Part shown: positions 61,332 to 64,000 of the stretch, piece by piece
How the letters are laid out: the number at the start of each line of letters is the position of its first letter
Position numbering within the stretch: position 1 is the stretch's first letter
Source: Mobula hypostoma
Lineage: Eukaryota
Direction of reading: 5' to 3'
Assembly (NCBI RefSeq): GCF_963921235.1
Contig: NC_086097.1
Location: 140,864,001-140,928,000 of the forward strand
Length of the DNA stretch: 64,000 nucleotides
Notes under the pieces: generated by a model
The model's input: only the letters and a program-made list of their open reading frames with translations
Databases searched by the model: none
Told to the model about the DNA's origin: nothing
Translations under genes and position numbers: made by a program

Positions 61332-64000
61332 AGCCGGGAGGATGTGGAATCGATATGGGTAGAGCTGCATAACACTAAGGGGCAGAAAAAGCTGGTGGAA
61401 GTTGTGTACAGGCCACCTAACAGCAGTAGTGATATTGGGGATGGCATTAATCAGGATATTAGAAATGCGTGCAATAAGGGAACAGCAGTTATAATGGGTG
61501 ACTTCAATCTGCATATAGATTGGGTGAACCAAATTGGTAAAGGAGCTGAGGAAGAGGATTTTTTGGAATTTATGTGGGATTTTTTTCTGAACCAGCATGT
61601 CGAGGAACCAACTAGAGAGCAGGCCATTCTGGACTGGGTATTGAGAAATGAGGAAGGGTTAGTTAGAAATCTTGTTGTGAGAGGCCCCTTGGGTATGAGT
61701 GACCATAATAAGGTGGAATTCTTCATTAAGATGGAGAGTGACATAGTTAATTCAGAAACATAGGTTCTGAAGTTAAAGAAGGGTAACTTTGAAGGTATGA
61801 GACGCGAATTAGCTAAGATAGACTGGCAAATGATACATAAAGGGTTGACGGTGGATATGCAAAGGCAAGCATTTAAAGATCGCATGGATGGACTACAACA
61901 ATTGTTCATCCCAGTTTGGCAAAAGAATAAACCAGGGAAGGTAGTGCACCCGTGGCTGACACAGGAAATTAGGGATAGTATCAATTCCAAAGAAGAAACA
62001 TACAAATTAGCCAGAAAAAGCGGCAAACCTGACGGCTGGGCGAAATTCAGAGTCCAGCAAGGGAGGACAAAGGGCTTAATTAGGAAAGGGAAAACAGATT
62101 ATGAGAGAAAACTGGTAGGGAACATAAAAACTGACTGTAAAAACTTTTACAGCTATGTGAAAAGAAAAAGATTGGTTAGAACAAACGTAGAATAGTAGAA
62201 CACAGTACAGGCCCTTCGGCCCACAGTGTCGTGCCGACCCTCAAACCCTGCCTCTCATATAAGCCCCCACCTTAAATTCCTCCATATACCTGTCTAGCAG
62301 TCTCTTCAACTTCACTAGTGTACCTGCCTCCACCACTGACTCAGGCAGTGTATTCCACGCACTAACCACTCTCTGAGTAAAAAACCTTCCTCTGGTATTG
62401 ATGTGGACAGAGAATTGGTTGGCAGACAGGAAGCAAAGAGTGGGAATAAACGGGACCTTTTCAGCATGGCAGGCAGTGACTAGTGGGGTACCGCAAGGCT
62501 CAGTGCTGGGACCCCAGTTGTTTACAATATATATTAACGACTTAGACGATGGAATTAAAAGCAGCATCTCCAAGTTTGCGGATGACAAGAAGCTGGGCGG
62601 CAGTGTTAGCTGTGAGGAAGATTCTAAGAGGATGCAGGGTGACTTGGGCAAATTCATGTCAGATGCAATTTAATGTGGATAAACATGAGGTTATCCACTT
62701 TGGTGGCAAGAACAGGAAAACAGATTATTATCTGAATGGTGGCCGATTAGGAAAAGGGGAGGTGCAACGAGACCTGGGTGTCATTGTACACCAGTCGTTG
62801 AAAGTGGGCATGCAGGTACAACAGGCGGTGAAAAAGGCGAATGGTATGCTGGCATTTATAGCGAGAGGATTCGAGTACAGGAGCAGGGAGGTACTACTGC
62901 AGTTGTACAAGGACTTGGTGAGACCACACCTGGAGTATTGTGTGCAGTTTTGGTCCCCTAATCTGAGGAAAGACATGCTTGCCATAGAGGGAGTACAAAG
63001 AAGGTTCACCAGATTGATTCCTGGGATGGCAGGACTTTCATATGAAGAAAGACTGGATGAACTAGGCTTATACTCGTTGGAATTTAGAAGAAGGAGGGGG
63101 TGGGGTCTTATTGAAACGTATACAATTCTGAAGGGATTGGACAGGCTAGATGCAGGAAGGTTGTCCCCGATGTTGGGGAAGCCCAGAACGAGGGGTCACA
63201 GTTTGAGGATAAAGGGGAAGCCTTTTAGGACCGAGATGATGATGGACAAGGATAGATCTGGTCCTAGGATTGAGGTTCTGAACTGGAAGAAGGCCAAATT
63301 TGAAGAAATGAGAAAGGATCTAAAAAGCGTGGATTGGGATAGGTTGTTCTCTGGTAGGGATGTGATCGGTGAGTGGGAAGCCTTCAAAGGAGAAATTCTG
63401 AGAGTGCAGAGCTTGTATGTTCCTGTCAGGATTAAAGGCAAAGTGAATAGGAATAAGGAACCTTGGTTCTCAAGGGATATTACAACTCAGATAAAGAAGA
63501 AGACAGAGTTGTATGACATGTATAGGAAACAGGGAGTAAATAAGGTGCTTGAGGAGTATAAAAAGTGCAAGAAAATACTTAAGAAAGAAATCAGGAGGGC
63601 TAAAAGAAGACATGAGGTTGCCTTGGCAGTCAAAGTGAAAGATAATCCAAAGAGCTTTTACAGGTGTACTAAGAGTAAAAGGATTATAAGGGATAAAATT
63701 GGTCCTCTTGAAAATCAGAATGGTCGGCTATGTGGGGAACCAGAAGAAATGGGGGAGATCGTAAATCTTTTTTTGCGCCTGTATTTACTAGGGAAACTGG
63801 CATGAAGTCTATAGAATTAGGGGAAACAAGTAGTGAGATCATGGAAACTGTACAGATTGAAAAGGAGGAGGTGCTTGCTATCTTGAGGCAAATTAAAGTG
63901 GATAAATCCCCAGGACCTGTCAGGGTATTCCCTCAAACCTAGAAGGAGACTAGTGTTGAAATTGCAGAGGCCCTGCCAGATATATTTAAAATGTCAGTGT
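61332..64000 (+). mobile_element. Younger CR1 LINE mosaic: EN region 61332-62190, antisense CR1 tail ~62190-62395, RT 3' part ~62396-63238, second CR1 EN-RT linker ~63239-64000
   Basis: ESIWVELHN..VVYRPPN..MGDFN..SDHN; [25 protein letters not shown]; RPHLEYCVQFWSP; KDNPKSFYR. Confidence 0.92.

Noticed and set aside
61451-62026. This and the many other 60-200 aa antisense or shifted ORFs in the track
   Set aside because: They are alternative frames of CR1, Penelope, SINE or LTR sequence with no independent coding evidence.
62222-62249. CACAGTG-12 nt-TCAAACCCT as a 12-RSS
   Set aside because: Nonamer matches only 5/9 and lacks the A-tract; it lies in a CR1 tail with no gene segment attached.

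Overview
Eukaryotic genomic DNA, almost certainly from a cartilaginous fish and probably a ray (inferred from CR1, V-SINE and Penelope repeat content). The window is part of the V-segment array of a rearranging antigen-receptor locus, best read as T-cell receptor gamma (TRG). Four near-identical + strand V segments start at 13050, 18791, 32749 and 46385. Each has a 40-nt leader exon, an 80-83 nt intron, a V exon ending YYC(A/G)YW and an RSS of CACAGTA-22 nt-ACAAAAACC. V1, V3 and V4 are open; V2 has a 1-nt deletion. A fifth, decayed V of another family lies at about 53037-53484. I found no J or C segment. The four V genes sit in tandem duplication units of 4.7-15 kb made mostly of old retroelements, and a fifth partial unit starts at about 55795. 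Main observations: (1) amino-acid change among the paralogues concentrates in the D strand/HV4 loop while CDR2 changes only silently; (2) the family lacks both partners of the conserved Arg75-Asp98 Ig salt bridge; (3) a Penelope-derived palindrome occurs in four states across the units (absent, orientation A, flipped, collapsed); (4) two Penelope families carry minimal hammerhead ribozyme motifs, including an intact inverted pair; (5) one Penelope insertion shows a twin-priming-like inversion with a 2.5 kb target deletion; (6) a solo LTR sits just upstream of the dead V. All alignments and counts were made by eye, and repeat boundaries are approximate.
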